Numbered from the stretch's first letter, positions 1 through 9,213 are shown. The stretch is DNA of 64,000 nucleotides from Thermoanaerobaculia bacterium (GCA_041574955.1 JBFGNS010000004.1:6707-70706), one strand, 5' to 3'. Notes: generated by a model not told the origin, from the sequence alone. Numbers and translations are program-made.

Positions 1-545
1 CGCGGCAGGAGGTGCTGGATCGCCAGCAGGCCGGCGCCGTTGTCGGCAAGCAACAGCTCGTGGTCGTCCCCGGCGACCTCCACGTCGATCCTCTCGACGC
101 CGTCTCCCGCCCGCGCGCGCGAGTCCAACCCGGCCAGCTCCAGCAGCTGGTTGGCGGCCAGCTCGACCGCCGCGATCTCGTCGAGGTCGGGGCGGGCCGC
201 GGAGCGCCGGGCGCGCGGCGCCCGCTCGCCGCGGGGCGACGCCTCCCGCTCACGACGAGGGGCCGGCGCGCGTGGAGCCGACACCTCGGCCGCCGGCGGG
301 ACCGGCGGCGAGCCCGGGGCGCCGGCGGCCGACGCCGGCGGCGGCTCCGCCTCGGCCCGCGGCTGGCCGGGCGGGCGGCGCGGGTTGTCGGGATCGACGT
401 CGATCACCACCGACCGGCGGGCGCGCAGGAAACCGTGCCGCTTCTCCACCCGCCGGTAGGCCAGCTCCTCGGGCTCCAGGCCGAAGTGCCGCGCCGCCGC
501 CATCACCGCCTGCTCGAGGCTCCTACCCGAGAAGAACCGTCGCAT
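1..545 (-). CDS. jag: Jag/KhpB-type RNA-binding protein, N-terminal part (gene runs off the left edge of the window)
   Basis: Own translation of the minus strand from ATG at 545-543: MRRFFSGRSLEQAVMAAARHFGLEPEELAYRRVEKRHGFLRARRSVVIDVD..., a Jag_N-like start. The frame stays open to position 1. It lies directly downstream of yidC, as in the conserved rpmH-rnpA-yidD-yidC-jag cluster. It is absent from the ORF track because no stop lies inside the window. Confidence 0.65.
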   Translation of the reverse strand, partial: MRRFFSGRSLEQAVMAAARHFGLEPEELAYRRVEKRHGFLRARRSVVIDVDPDNPRRPPGQPRAEAEPPPASAAGAPGSPPVPPAAEVSAPRAPAPRREREASPRGERAPRARRSAARPDLDEIAAVELAANQLLELAGLDSRARAGDGVERIDVEVAGDDHELLLADNGAGLLAIQHLLP

Positions 546-551
546 CGCTCT

Positions 552-2306
552 TCACTCCGACTTGCCGGGCTTGTCTGCGGCGCCCGCCGCCGCGGCCTTC
601 GCCGTCTTGAGTTTGAGGTAGATCGCCTGCTGGGCGATGCCCAGCAGGTTGTTGGTCAGCCAGTAGAGCACCAGCCCGCTCGGGAAGCCGAGGAACAGGA
701 CGGTGAAGAAGATCGGCATCAGCTGGAACAGGCGCCGCTGCATCGGGTCGGCCGCGCTGGGGGTCAGCTTCTGCTGCAGGAACTGGCTCGCCCCCATCAC
801 CACCGGCAGGACGTAGTAGGGATCGGGCGCCGAGAGGTCCTGGATCCAGCCCAGCCACGGCGCGTGGCGCAGCTCGATCGCCACCGACAGCAGGTTGTAG
901 AAGGCGAACAGCACCGGCAGCTGAAGCAGCAACGGCAGGCAGCCGCCCGCCGGGTTGACCCCCTCGCTCTTGTACAGCGCCATCACCTCTTCGTTCATCT
1001 TGCGCTGCGCTTCGACGTTCGGCCGGTTCTGCTTGTCCTTGAGCTTGCTGCGGTACTTCTGGCGGATCGCCTGGATCTTCGGGTTGAGCTCCTGCATCTT
1101 CTGCATCGAGACCGTGCTCTTGTGCATCAGCGGAAACAGCAGGAGCCGGATGGCGATGGTCATCAGGATGATCGCCCAACCGTAGTTGGCGACCATGTTG
1201 GCGTAGATCCAGCGCAGGCTCTTGAGCAGCGGCAGGGTGAGGAAGCGGAACCAGCCGAGCTCGACCGTCTCCTCGAGCCCGTACGGCAACGCCGCCAGGC
1301 GGTCGTACTCCTTGGCCCCCCAGTAGCTGTCGATCTCCACCGCACCCGAGCCGGCCTGCGCCACCAGCGCCAGCACCCGCGCCGCGCCCTCTTCCTCCTC
1401 GCGAGCCTCGACCTCGGCGCCCTCCGCGAACCGGCCGCCGTCGACCGGCAGGAACAACAGCGGCTTGACCAGCACCTGCTCGACACCGGCGAGCGGCACC
1501 AGGGCGTTGAGGAAGTAGGTGTCCTGGATGCCGATCCAGCGCAGCCCCGACACCGGGACCAGGGTGTCGACGTCGGTCTTCGCCGGGTCGAGCCTCTCGG
1601 TGTCGTCGACCTGGCGGTAGATCACCGCGCGGCGGGCGAACCGGTTGCTGGTCTCGTCCGCGGTCGGGTTGCGGATGCCGGGGCCCAGCAGCAGACCCCA
1701 GTCGGTGCGCCCGGGCACCTCGACCCGGATCCGCAGCAGGCCGTCCGGCTGCAGGGTGATCCGCTTGCTGGCCGTGCCGGCCGCCCCGGAGTAGCGGAAC
1801 TCGAGCGACTCACCGCCCGCCTGGTGCCGCACGCGCTCGACGGCGAACAGCGCGCGGTCGAAACCGGTCGACTGTCCGGCGCGGTCGGTGATCGCGAGCG
1901 GATACGGGAAGCCGCTGCGCTGGCGCACCAGGTCCACTTCGCCGCCGCCGGCGGCGGAGTGCTGCTTGAGCCTGAGCGACACCAGCACCGCGCCGCGGTT
2001 CGAGAAGACGGCCTGGTAGCTGTCGCTCTCGAGCGTCAACCGCTGCTCGCTCGCGGCCTCGATCGGCTCGGGCGCCGGCAGGGCCTCGGGCGCCGCCTCG
2101 GGCATGGCGGGTGCGACCGGCGGGGCCTCCTCGGGCGCCGCCGCCACTGGCCCTGCCGAAGGCTCGGCGGTCGGCGGAGCGGCGGCGGGCGCTTCGCTCA
2201 CCGGCGGCGGCGTGGGCGGGCGCTCGGGTGCCGGGAACAGCTGCTGCCACAGGATCAGCACCGCCACCGAGAGCAGCGTCGCCAGGAGGAGTCTTCGCGT
2301 ATCCAC
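552..2306 (-). CDS. yidC: Membrane protein insertase YidC
   Basis: 584-aa ORF with an N-terminal TM segment (LLLATLLSVAVLILW), a long periplasmic domain and the C-terminal insertase core (PLMHKSTVSMQKMQELNPKIQAIRQKY, GGCLPLLLQLPVLFAFY, WIQDLSAPDPYYVLPVVMG). GTG start. Conserved position after yidD. Confidence 0.95.
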   Translation of the reverse strand: MDTRRLLLATLLSVAVLILWQQLFPAPERPPTPPPVSEAPAAAPPTAEPSAGPVAAAPEEAPPVAPAMPEAAPEALPAPEPIEAASEQRLTLESDSYQAVFSNRGAVLVSLRLKQHSAAGGGEVDLVRQRSGFPYPLAITDRAGQSTGFDRALFAVERVRHQAGGESLEFRYSGAAGTASKRITLQPDGLLRIRVEVPGRTDWGLLLGPGIRNPTADETSNRFARRAVIYRQVDDTERLDPAKTDVDTLVPVSGLRWIGIQDTYFLNALVPLAGVEQVLVKPLLFLPVDGGRFAEGAEVEAREEEEGAARVLALVAQAGSGAVEIDSYWGAKEYDRLAALPYGLEETVELGWFRFLTLPLLKSLRWIYANMVANYGWAIILMTIAIRLLLFPLMHKSTVSMQKMQELNPKIQAIRQKYRSKLKDKQNRPNVEAQRKMNEEVMALYKSEGVNPAGGCLPLLLQLPVLFAFYNLLSVAIELRHAPWLGWIQDLSAPDPYYVLPVVMGASQFLQQKLTPSAADPMQRRLFQLMPIFFTVLFLGFPSGLVLYWLTNNLLGIAQQAIYLKLKTAKAAAAGAADKPGKSE

Positions 2307-2326
2307 GGTCGGTCAGGGGCTCTGCG

Positions 2327-2674
2327 TCAAGGCGGGTCGTAGCCGCCGGGGTGGAACGGGTGGCAGCGCAGCAGGCGGCCCACCGCCTTCAGCGAACCGC
2401 GCCAGGGTCCGTACTTGATCAGTGCGCCGCGCGCGTACTGCGAGCAGCTCGGCTCGAACCGGCAGGTGCGGGGCAGCAGCGGCGACAGGTAGCGCTTGTA
2501 CAGGTCGATCGCGGCGACCAGCAGGCCGGTCAGGCCTCGCGGCCGGGCTTCGGTCCCAGCCCCGCCAGCAGCCGTTCGAGCTCGCTCTCGATCGACCCGA
2601 AGCCCGCGCTTCCCGCCGGCGGCTTGAAGTGCACCACCAGGTCGACCGCCGGCAAGCTGCTGCGCCCCTGCCAT
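2327..2674 (-). CDS. yidD: Membrane protein insertion efficiency factor YidD (start uncertain; the longest ORF overlaps rnpA by about 145 nt, so the true start is probably further downstream)
   Basis: C-terminal 65 aa carry the YidD signature: [64 protein letters not shown]. Position between rnpA and yidC. Confidence 0.85.
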   Translation of the reverse strand: MAGAQQLAGGRPGGALQAAGGKRGLRVDRERARTAAGGAGTEARPRGLTGLLVAAIDLYKRYLSPLLPRTCRFEPSCSQYARGALIKYGPWRGSLKAVGRLLRCHPFHPGGYDPP

Positions 2675-2919
2675 CGCCGGTAGATCTCCCGCGCCCGCCG
2701 TTTCAGGCGGTGCCGCACCACGGCCCGGCCGACCTTGCGGCTGGCCGTGATGCCGAGGCGTGGATGGCCCTCTCGGTTGGGGTGCACATAGAGGATGAGC
2801 AGCGAGCCGTGTCGCCGCCGGCCGTGGCGGTAGCAGCTCAGGTAGTCGCGCCTGCGCCGCAGCCGGTGTTGCCGCGGCAGGGATTCCCCCCGGGCCGGGC
2901 GAGCCGGCCGTTCGGCCAT
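2530..2919 (-). CDS. rnpA: Ribonuclease P protein component
   Basis: 129-aa basic protein with [22 protein letters not shown] and [27 protein letters not shown]. Lies immediately downstream of rpmH. Confidence 0.9.
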   Translation of the reverse strand: MAERPARPARGESLPRQHRLRRRRDYLSCYRHGRRRHGSLLILYVHPNREGHPRLGITASRKVGRAVVRHRLKRRAREIYRRWQGRSSLPAVDLVVHFKPPAGSAGFGSIESELERLLAGLGPKPGREA

Positions 2920-2922
2920 CGC

Positions 2923-3057
2923 TCAGGCGGAGAGGCTCTTGCGACCCTTGCGGCGCCGGCGCTTGAGGATTGCCCGCCCGGCGCGCGTTCGCATGCGCGA
3001 CCGAAAGCCATGGTTCTTCTTGCGCCGCCGGTTGTTGGGCTGAAAGGTGCGTTTCAT
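2923..3057 (-). CDS. rpmH: 50S ribosomal protein L34
   Basis: Hand translation of the minus strand: [44 protein letters not shown] plus stop (44 aa). Too short for the ORF track. This is the canonical L34 sequence and position. Confidence 0.95.
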   Translation of the reverse strand: MKRTFQPNNRRRKKNHGFRSRMRTRAGRAILKRRRRKGRKSLSA

Positions 3058-3124
3058 GATCTGTCTCTCATCTGCCGCCAGGACGCCGCGAGGACCGCAG
3101 CCAGCGGGCTAGCGCAAACAACGT

Positions 3125-3154
3125 AATCTACCGGGTTCCGCGACGGCGGGTCAA
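3125..3154 (-). promoter_or_regulatory. Candidate sigma-70 promoter for rpmH-rnpA-yidD-yidC
   Basis: Minus strand reads TTGACC (3154-3149), an 18-nt spacer, then TAGATT (3130-3125), about 70 nt upstream of the rpmH ATG. Confidence 0.4.
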
Positions 3155-3214
3155 CCCTCACGGCCGGCGGGTAGTGCCCCAGGACACGACCGGCCGGCGG
3201 TGCGGCCTGGACGA

Positions 3215-3304
3215 TGGCGGAGAGGGTGGGATTCGAACCCACGGACCGCTTGCACGGTCAACGGTTTTCGAGACCGCCCCGTTCGACCACTCCGGCACCT
3301 CTCC
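3215..3304 (-). tRNA. tRNA-Ser (anticodon CGA), CCA encoded
   Basis: Minus-strand sequence GGAGAGGTGCCGGAGTGGTCGAACGGGGCGGTCTCGAAAACCGTTGACCGTGCAAGCGGTCCGTGGGTTCGAATCCCACCCTCTCCGCCA. It has a 7-bp acceptor stem, anticodon loop CT-CGA-AA, a long variable arm (class II) and a GTTCGAATC T-loop. Confidence 0.9.
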
Positions 3305-3345
3305 GTGAGGACGAGCGCCACCGCGGCGGTGCCCGTCCTGCGATC

Positions 3346-3438
<93 letters not shown>

Positions 3439-3450
3439 GGTTTCGCGCTC

Positions 3451-3918
3451 TCAAAGAACCGCCGGCCGCTCACGCAGCGCGGCGAAGAACCGCCGTAGCA
3501 TACGGGAAGATTCCTCCGCCGACACCCCCTCGGTGACCTCGAGACGATGGTTGAGCCGCTGGTCGGCCACCAGGTTCCCCAGGCTGCCGCAGAAGCCGGC
3601 CTTGGGGTCGCGGGCGCCGAACACCAGCCGCTCGACGCGCGCCAGCACCAGCGCGCCGGCGCACATGGCGCACGGCTCGAGGGTGACGTACATCGTCGTG
3701 CCAGCGAGCCGCCAGCCGCCGACCGCCGCCGCTGCCTGGCGCAGGGCGACGAGCTCGGCGTGCGCCAGCGGGTCGCCGTCGGCCTCGCGCCGGTTGTGGC
3801 CGCGGCCCACGATCTCGCCGCCGCGCACCACCACGGCGCCCACCGGCACCTCCCCAAGCTCCGCCGCGCGGCGCGCCAGCGCCAGCGCCTGCTCCATCCA
3901 GAGTTCGTCTCGTTCCAT
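3451..3918 (-). CDS. tadA: tRNA adenosine(34) deaminase TadA
   Basis: 155 aa. Cytidine/deoxycytidylate deaminase zinc motifs HAELVAL and TLEPCAMCAGAL. N-terminus MERDELWMEQALALARRA is typical of TadA. Confidence 0.9.
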   Translation of the reverse strand: MERDELWMEQALALARRAAELGEVPVGAVVVRGGEIVGRGHNRREADGDPLAHAELVALRQAAAAVGGWRLAGTTMYVTLEPCAMCAGALVLARVERLVFGARDPKAGFCGSLGNLVADQRLNHRLEVTEGVSAEESSRMLRRFFAALRERPAVL

Positions 3919-3998
3919 CGGCGCGCCCCGGGCGGTCCGCCCGCCACCCGATGATAGCCGCCGCCCGCCGCGGCGGCGGGCAGAGCGCGCGGCGCGCC

Positions 3999-4027
3999 TT
4001 TACATACCTCTCTGCCGCGCGTACCAT
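3999..4027 (+). promoter_or_regulatory. Candidate sigma-70 promoter for ffs(-dnaX)
   Basis: TTTACA (3999-4004), a 17-nt spacer, then TACCAT (4022-4027). It ends about 7 nt before the first base of the predicted SRP RNA helix. Confidence 0.4.
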
Positions 4028-4034
4028 CGTTTTC

Positions 4035-4167
4035 GGCAGCGGCGGGCGAAGGGTTCGGGTCCTGTGCACCGAACGGCTCCGAACCTCGTCAGGCCCGGAA
4101 GGGAGCAGCGATAAGGTGCCCGGCTCGGGTGCCGCAGATCAGCCGGAACCCTTCGTCGGCCGCTGCC
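4035..4167 (+). ncRNA. ffs: Signal recognition particle RNA (small/4.5S type)
   Basis: Contains the conserved domain IV motif GTCAGGCCCGGAAGGGAGCAGC (4088-4109; compare E. coli GUCAGGUCCGGAAGGAAGCAGC, with the GGAA tetraloop). A long closing helix is present: ggcagcggc...gggttc at the 5' end pairs with gaaccc...gccgctgcc at the 3' end. The location just upstream of dnaX is a common synteny. Confidence 0.8.
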
Positions 4168-4177
4168 TTCTGCCGTC

Positions 4178-6040
4178 ATGGCCTACCAGGTTCTCGCCCG
4201 CAAGTGGCGTCCGCAGGATTTCTCCGCCGTCGTCGGCCAGCAGTCCGTCGTGACGGCGCTGCGCAACGCGGTGGTCGAGAACCGCATCGCGCAGGCCTAC
4301 CTGTTCTCGGGCATCCGCGGGGTCGGCAAGACGAGCGTGGCGCGCATCTTCGCCAAGGCGCTCAACTGCCCCGAGCGCGACGGCGCCGACCCGTGCAACC
4401 GCTGCGGAGCCTGCGAGGAGATCACCCGCGGCGCCGATCTCGACGTCATCGAGGTCGACGCCGCCACCTACTCCAAGGTCGAGCAGGTGCGCGAGCTGGC
4501 CGAGAGCCTGCGCTACGGGCCGGCGCGCGACCGCTACAAGGTGGTGGTGATCGACGAGATCCACCGGCTGTCGCGCCAGGCGTTCGACGCCCTGCTCAAG
4601 ATCGTCGAGGAGCCGCCACCCCATCTGGTCTTCGTATTCGCCACCACCGAGGTCGAGGCGGTGCCGGCGACGATCCTCTCCCGCTGTCAGGAGTTCCGCT
4701 TCCGGCGGGTGCCGACGGCGACCCTGTCCGAGCACCTGCGCCGGATCTGCGACGGCGAGCAGATCACCGCCAGCGACGCGGCGCTCCGCCTGGTGTCGCG
4801 CGCCGGCGAGGGCAGCGTGCGCGACGCGGTCGCACTGCTCGACCAGCTGGCGACCTTCGGCTCGGGAACGGTCGCCGACGAGCAGGCGTCGCGCATCCTG
4901 GGCGGCGTGGGCGCGGCGTTCCACCTCGGCCTGCTGCGGGCCATCCTGGCCGGTGACAGCGGCACGGTCGCCGGCGCCGCGCGCCAGCTCGACGGCGAGG
5001 GGCGCGACCCGCGCCACGTCTACGCCGAGCTCCTGGCCTACTGCCGCGACGCCCTGCACCTCGCGCTCGGCGGCGACCCCGCCACCATAGACCTGCCCGG
5101 CGACGAGGCGGTCGCGCTGGCGGAGCTGGTCGCCGACCAGCGCTACGAGACCCTGCTGCGGCTGATCCACATGCTGCTGTCGGGCGAGCAGGCGGTGCGG
5201 CGCAGCGAGCAGGGCGCGCTGGCTCTCGAGATCGCCCTGCTACGCGCCGCCGAGCTGCCCAAGCTGACCCGGGTGGAGGAGCTGCTGGGCGGCGGCGGCC
5301 CGGCAAGCGAGGGTCCGGCAAGCGGCGGCCCGGGCGGCGGCGGCCCGAGCGGCGACGGCGAGCCCGCCCCGAAACGGCGCCGCCCGCCGGCGGCGCGCTC
5401 GCGCTCGGCGCCCGGGGCCGACCCCGATCCGGCCGCGGCGCGCCAGGCCGCCGCAGCGAGCGAGCCCGCGAACGACCCCCCGGAAGACCGCCCGAAAGAC
5501 CGCTCGAAAGACCCCCCGAACAAGGCCGCGAGCCGGGCGGCCGCTCCGCCGGACCCGCCCGCTTCCGCGCCCAACGAGCCCGCCGGCGAAGCCGGAAGCG
5601 CCGAGCTGCCCTCCGCCGCGGACCGGGCGGCCGCCGACGCCGGCGCGGAGGACAACGGCGACCAGGTGCGCCGGTTCCTAGACCAGGTGAGCCTGCGGCG
5701 CCAGCCGCTGGCGGCGCACCTGGCCGACGCCGAAGAGGTCCGCTTCGAAGACGGCCGGCTCAAGATCGTCGCCCCGGCCGACGACGACTGGCTGCCGAAG
5801 GCGCTGGCGCGCGAGAACAACCGGGCGGTGCTCGAGGAGTGCCTGCACGCGGTGTGGGGCGAGCGCGCCGACTGGCGGCTGGCGACCGGCAGCGCCGCCC
5901 GCGCGCCGCGGCGCCAGGCGCCCACCGAGCCGGCCGCCGCCCCGCCGAGCCACCCGGCAGCCGAGCACCCGGCGGTGCAGGCCGCGCTCGACATCTTCGG
6001 CGGCACCATCGAGACCATCGACAACAAAACGGAAGGCTGA
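4178..6040 (+). CDS. dnaX: DNA polymerase III subunits gamma/tau
   Basis: 620 aa. N-terminus MAYQVLARKWRPQDFSAVVGQ, Walker A GIRGVGKTS, zinc module CNRCGACEEI, DEIH box and SRC motif (ILSRCQEF), followed by a long Pro/Ala-rich linker and a tau C-terminal domain. Confidence 0.95.
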   Translation: MAYQVLARKWRPQDFSAVVGQQSVVTALRNAVVENRIAQAYLFSGIRGVGKTSVARIFAKALNCPERDGADPCNRCGACEEITRGADLDVIEVDAATYSKVEQVRELAESLRYGPARDRYKVVVIDEIHRLSRQAFDALLKIVEEPPPHLVFVFATTEVEAVPATILSRCQEFRFRRVPTATLSEHLRRICDGEQITASDAALRLVSRAGEGSVRDAVALLDQLATFGSGTVADEQASRILGGVGAAFHLGLLRAILAGDSGTVAGAARQLDGEGRDPRHVYAELLAYCRDALHLALGGDPATIDLPGDEAVALAELVADQRYETLLRLIHMLLSGEQAVRRSEQGALALEIALLRAAELPKLTRVEELLGGGGPASEGPASGGPGGGGPSGDGEPAPKRRRPPAARSRSAPGADPDPAAARQAAAASEPANDPPEDRPKDRSKDPPNKAASRAAAPPDPPASAPNEPAGEAGSAELPSAADRAAADAGAEDNGDQVRRFLDQVSLRRQPLAAHLADAEEVRFEDGRLKIVAPADDDWLPKALARENNRAVLEECLHAVWGERADWRLATGSAARAPRRQAPTEPAAAPPSHPAAEHPAVQAALDIFGGTIETIDNKTEG

Positions 6041-6044
6041 GCCC

Positions 6045-6341
6045 ATGAACCTCCAGAAGCTGATGCAGCAGGCGCAGCAGATGCAGGCCAAGCTGCAAAA
6101 GGAGATGCAGGAGACCGTCGTCGAGGCATCGATAGGCGGCGGCATGGTCACCGTCGAGATGAGCGGAGTCAAGAAGCTGGTCTCGGTCAAGATCGACCCC
6201 GAGGCCATGGACCCCGAAGACCCGTCGATGCTCGAGGACCTGGTGCTGGCGGCGGTCAACGAGGCGGCCCGCAAGGTCGACGAAGCGCTGCAGGCCAAGC
6301 TGGGCAGCGCGGCCAGCGGCCTGTCGACCGGCCTGGTCTGA
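6045..6341 (+). CDS. ybaB: Nucleoid-associated protein YbaB/EbfC
   Basis: 98 aa, MNLQKLMQQAQQMQAKLQKEMQE...GGGMVTVEMSG, in the conserved dnaX-ybaB-recR order. Confidence 0.9.
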   Translation: MNLQKLMQQAQQMQAKLQKEMQETVVEASIGGGMVTVEMSGVKKLVSVKIDPEAMDPEDPSMLEDLVLAAVNEAARKVDEALQAKLGSAASGLSTGLV

Positions 6342-6361
6342 CCGCCATCGCCGCCTCCGGC

Positions 6362-6946
6362 ATGAAGGATCCGCTGTCCCGGCTGGTCGACGAGCTGTCG
6401 CGTCTGCCCGGCATCGGGCCCAAGACGGCCAGCCGCCTCGCCTACCACCTGCTCAAGATGTCGCGCCAGGACGCGGCCGAGCTGGCCGGTGCGATCGTCG
6501 CGGTCAAGGACGAGCTGTTCGAGTGCTCGCGGTGCAACTCGATCACCGCCATCGACCCCTGCCGCTACTGCACCGACCCCCAGCGCGACGACGGGTTGCT
6601 GTGCGTCGTCGAGGAGCCGTTCAACATCCGTCCCATCGAGCGCACCGGCGAGTACCGCGGCCGCTACCACGTGCTGGGCGGCGCGCTGTCCCCCCAGCGC
6701 GGCATCGGTCCCGAGCAGCTGGCGGTGGCCGGGCTGATGACGCGGCTCGACGGCGTCGCCGAGGTCATCCTGGCCACCAACCCCGACGTCGAGGGTGAGG
6801 CCACCGCTCTCTACCTGGCGCGACAGCTCAAGGAGCGAGGGGTCACCGTCAGCCGGCTGGCGTTCGGCATGCCGGTCGGCGGCGACATCGAGTACACCGA
6901 CGAGGTGACCCTGGCGCGCTCGCTGAGCGGCCGGCGGGAGCTGTGA
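6362..6946 (+). CDS. recR: Recombination protein RecR
   Basis: 194 aa. LSRLPGIGPKTASRLAYHLL (HhH), C4 zinc finger CSRCNSITAIDPCRYC and a Toprim region (VVEEP, ATNPDVEGEATA). Confidence 0.95.
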   Translation: MKDPLSRLVDELSRLPGIGPKTASRLAYHLLKMSRQDAAELAGAIVAVKDELFECSRCNSITAIDPCRYCTDPQRDDGLLCVVEEPFNIRPIERTGEYRGRYHVLGGALSPQRGIGPEQLAVAGLMTRLDGVAEVILATNPDVEGEATALYLARQLKERGVTVSRLAFGMPVGGDIEYTDEVTLARSLSGRREL

Positions 6947-6992
6947 TCGGAAGCAGCCGCCGCCGCCGCGTCGTGCGACAATCGCCCCGGGC

Positions 6993-7562
6993 ATGGCCGA
7001 CGCGGGTAACTTCAAGCTGGCCTTCATCGGCAGCCACGGCGTCGGCAAGACGACGCTGTGCTACGGCCTGGCGGCTCGTCTCAAGGCGCGCGACGTCTCG
7101 CTCGAGGTGGTGCACGAGGTGGCGCGGCGCTGCCCGCTGCCGATCAACGAGGAGACCGGGGTCGCCGCGCAGTCGTGGATCCTGCACCACCAGCTGGGCG
7201 AGGAGCTGGTGGCCGGTGACCGCTACCCGGTAGTGCTGTGCGACCGCAGCGTCCTCGACAACTACGTCTACCTGCTGCTTGCCGCCGGCCGGCGACCAGA
7301 GCTCGAGCCGCTGATCGACAGCTGGATGAGGACCTACGACCTGCTGGTGCACGTGCCGATCGTGGCGGCGCCGGCGGCCGACGGCGTGCGCGCCACCGAC
7401 CCCGCGTTCCAGCTCGCTGTCGACCGGCGGCTGGCCGCCGAGCTCGAGCGCCGCGGACTGCCGGCGGTGGTGCTGGACCCGGCCGCCCGCACCGGCTGGC
7501 TCGAGAGCGTCGAGGCGCTGGTGTGGGAGCGGCTCCAGCCGCCCCAGCTGCGGCTGCTATGA
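6993..7562 (+). CDS. P-loop NTPase (AAA_28/NadR-like ATPase family), function unknown
   Basis: 189 aa with Walker A GSHGVGKTT near the N-terminus and a Walker B-like VVLCDRSVLD. No further recognisable domain. Confidence 0.6.
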   Translation: MADAGNFKLAFIGSHGVGKTTLCYGLAARLKARDVSLEVVHEVARRCPLPINEETGVAAQSWILHHQLGEELVAGDRYPVVLCDRSVLDNYVYLLLAAGRRPELEPLIDSWMRTYDLLVHVPIVAAPAADGVRATDPAFQLAVDRRLAAELERRGLPAVVLDPAARTGWLESVEALVWERLQPPQLRLL

Positions 7563-7566
7563 GCCG

Positions 7567-8223
7567 ATGAGCGGTCAGGCGGCGCTCTTCCTGCTGCTCG
7601 CGCTGCTGTTCGTGGCCGCCGTAGTGGTGACCGTGGCGGTGGTGCGGCACGCGCCCCGCAGCCGCGCGGCAGAGCTGGTCGACCGCGGTGATTTCGACGC
7701 CGCGCTGGCCGCCGGCGGGCGGCCCGAGGACCGTCGCGCCGCGGCCACCGCCAGCCGCCACCTGCTGCGGTTCGACGCGGCGGCTGCGCTGCTCGACGAC
7801 CTGCTCGACGACGAGCCGGACGACGGCGAGGCGTTGGTCGAGCGCGGTCTGGTGGCGGCCTACACCGGCCGCTTCGAGGACGCCCGCCGCTTCCTCGAGC
7901 GCGCGGCCCGGGTGCGCGCCGACCTCGCCGAGAGCATCACGCTGCACCGCGCCTGGCTCGAGCTGCGCGCCGGGCAGGAGGCGGCGGCGCGACGGCTGTT
8001 CGAGGAGATCGACGCTCCTCTCGAGTCCAAGCTGCGGGGCGACCTGGCGGGCGACCCGCTGTTCGCCGAGTGGTTCCTGCAGGCCGCCGAGCTGTGGCGC
8101 GCCACCGGCCGGGGCGAGCTGGCGCGTTGGGCGCTGGCGACCGGCCGGCGGGCGGCAGCCGGCAGCCGGCTGGCGGAGGTGGTGGGAGCCGCCGGCGAGG
8201 CGCCTCCGGCCGCACTACAATAG
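7567..8223 (+). CDS. Hypothetical membrane-anchored protein with helical-repeat (TPR-like) region
   Basis: 218 aa. N-terminal hydrophobic helix (AALFLLLALLFVAAVVVTVAVV), then Ala/Leu/Arg-rich helical repeats. Starts 4 nt after the preceding stop. Supported only by ORF length and context. Confidence 0.4.
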   Translation: MSGQAALFLLLALLFVAAVVVTVAVVRHAPRSRAAELVDRGDFDAALAAGGRPEDRRAAATASRHLLRFDAAAALLDDLLDDEPDDGEALVERGLVAAYTGRFEDARRFLERAARVRADLAESITLHRAWLELRAGQEAAARRLFEEIDAPLESKLRGDLAGDPLFAEWFLQAAELWRATGRGELARWALATGRRAAAGSRLAEVVGAAGEAPPAALQ

Positions 8224-9213
8224 GTGGCCGTGAGCGTCGCCGACCAGCTCGGGGCCATCGCCCTGTTCGCCCACTTCGAGGCCGACGATCTGGGCAGCCT
8301 GGCCGCCGCCACCAGCGCCCACCGGGCGGCGGCGGGCGGCCGGCTCGACGAGCTGGCCGACAGCGCCTTCCTGGTCGAGCGCGGCAGCGTCGAGCTGAGC
8401 CGCACGACGCCGTACGGACCGTTCGTGTTGCGCCGCGTCGGCGACGGCGCGCTGTTCGGGGAGGCGACGCTGCTCGGGTTCCAGGCCGGCGCCGACATGC
8501 TGGCCGCCGAAGCCGAGACCAGCGCCCTGGTGTTCGACCGTGACACCGTCGCCGCCCTTTCCGAGGCCAGCCAGCGGTTCCACCTCAGCCTGTTGTGGTC
8601 GCTGTGGAAGAGCCTGTCCGGCAAGCTGCGGCGAGCCAACGACCGGCTCACCGAGTTCTTCAACCCGGCGCTCGACGCGCCGCAGGGGGAGCCGCCGTCA
8701 CGCCCCGCGCCGGCGGCCGGCTTCCGCGTCGACATCGCCGCCAAGCGCGGCCTGTTCCAGGAGCAGCGGCTGTCGGGCCTCGAGATCAACTTCCTCACCA
8801 CGCTGTCGCGCGAAGAGCGCTACGCCGACGGCGAGGCCGTCTTTCACGAGGGCGAGCCGGCCGAGGCGATGTACGTGGTGCTCGACGGCAAGGTCCGGAT
8901 CAGCAAGCACATTCCCGGCGTCGGCGAGGAGGCGCTGTCGTTTCTCGAGCGCGGCGCCTACTTCGGCGAGATGGCGCTGATCGACAGCCAGGCGCGCTCG
9001 GCCAGCGCGGTGGCGCACGGCGGCGAGGCGGTGGTGCTGGCGATTCCGCGCGACGTGCTGGGCGGGCTGCTCGACATCCGGAAGACCTCCTCGCCTCGGC
9101 TGCTGCGCCTGCTGTGCGAGATGCTCTGCCGGCGGCTGCGCGAGCTCGACGACAAGCTGGTCGGCTGGCACATCCTGTCCGCCGGCTCGCCGCCGCACGC
9201 GGCGGCCGACTAG
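8224..9213 (+). CDS. Protein with two cyclic nucleotide-binding (cNMP/Crp-type) domains
   Basis: 329 aa. Two copies of the cNMP-binding pattern (LFGEATLL...; EAMYVVLDGKVRISK...YFGEMALIDSQARSASAVA). GTG start immediately after the upstream stop. Confidence 0.75.
   Translation: MAVSVADQLGAIALFAHFEADDLGSLAAATSAHRAAAGGRLDELADSAFLVERGSVELSRTTPYGPFVLRRVGDGALFGEATLLGFQAGADMLAAEAETSALVFDRDTVAALSEASQRFHLSLLWSLWKSLSGKLRRANDRLTEFFNPALDAPQGEPPSRPAPAAGFRVDIAAKRGLFQEQRLSGLEINFLTTLSREERYADGEAVFHEGEPAEAMYVVLDGKVRISKHIPGVGEEALSFLERGAYFGEMALIDSQARSASAVAHGGEAVVLAIPRDVLGGLLDIRKTSSPRLLRLLCEMLCRRLRELDDKLVGWHILSAGSPPHAAAD

Noticed and set aside
12-2342. 776-aa + strand ORF covering the jag-yidC region
   Set aside because: It is antisense to two well-supported genes. 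The translation is Arg/Gly/Ala/Pro/Leu-rich low complexity with no motif. Long stop-free antisense frames are expected at this GC content.
4178-6040. Programmed frameshift or transcriptional slippage site in dnaX (gamma/tau)
   Set aside because: I found no A-rich slippery heptamer or poly-A run inside the gene. The only A-run is at the very 3' end (acaacaaaac), so no call is made.
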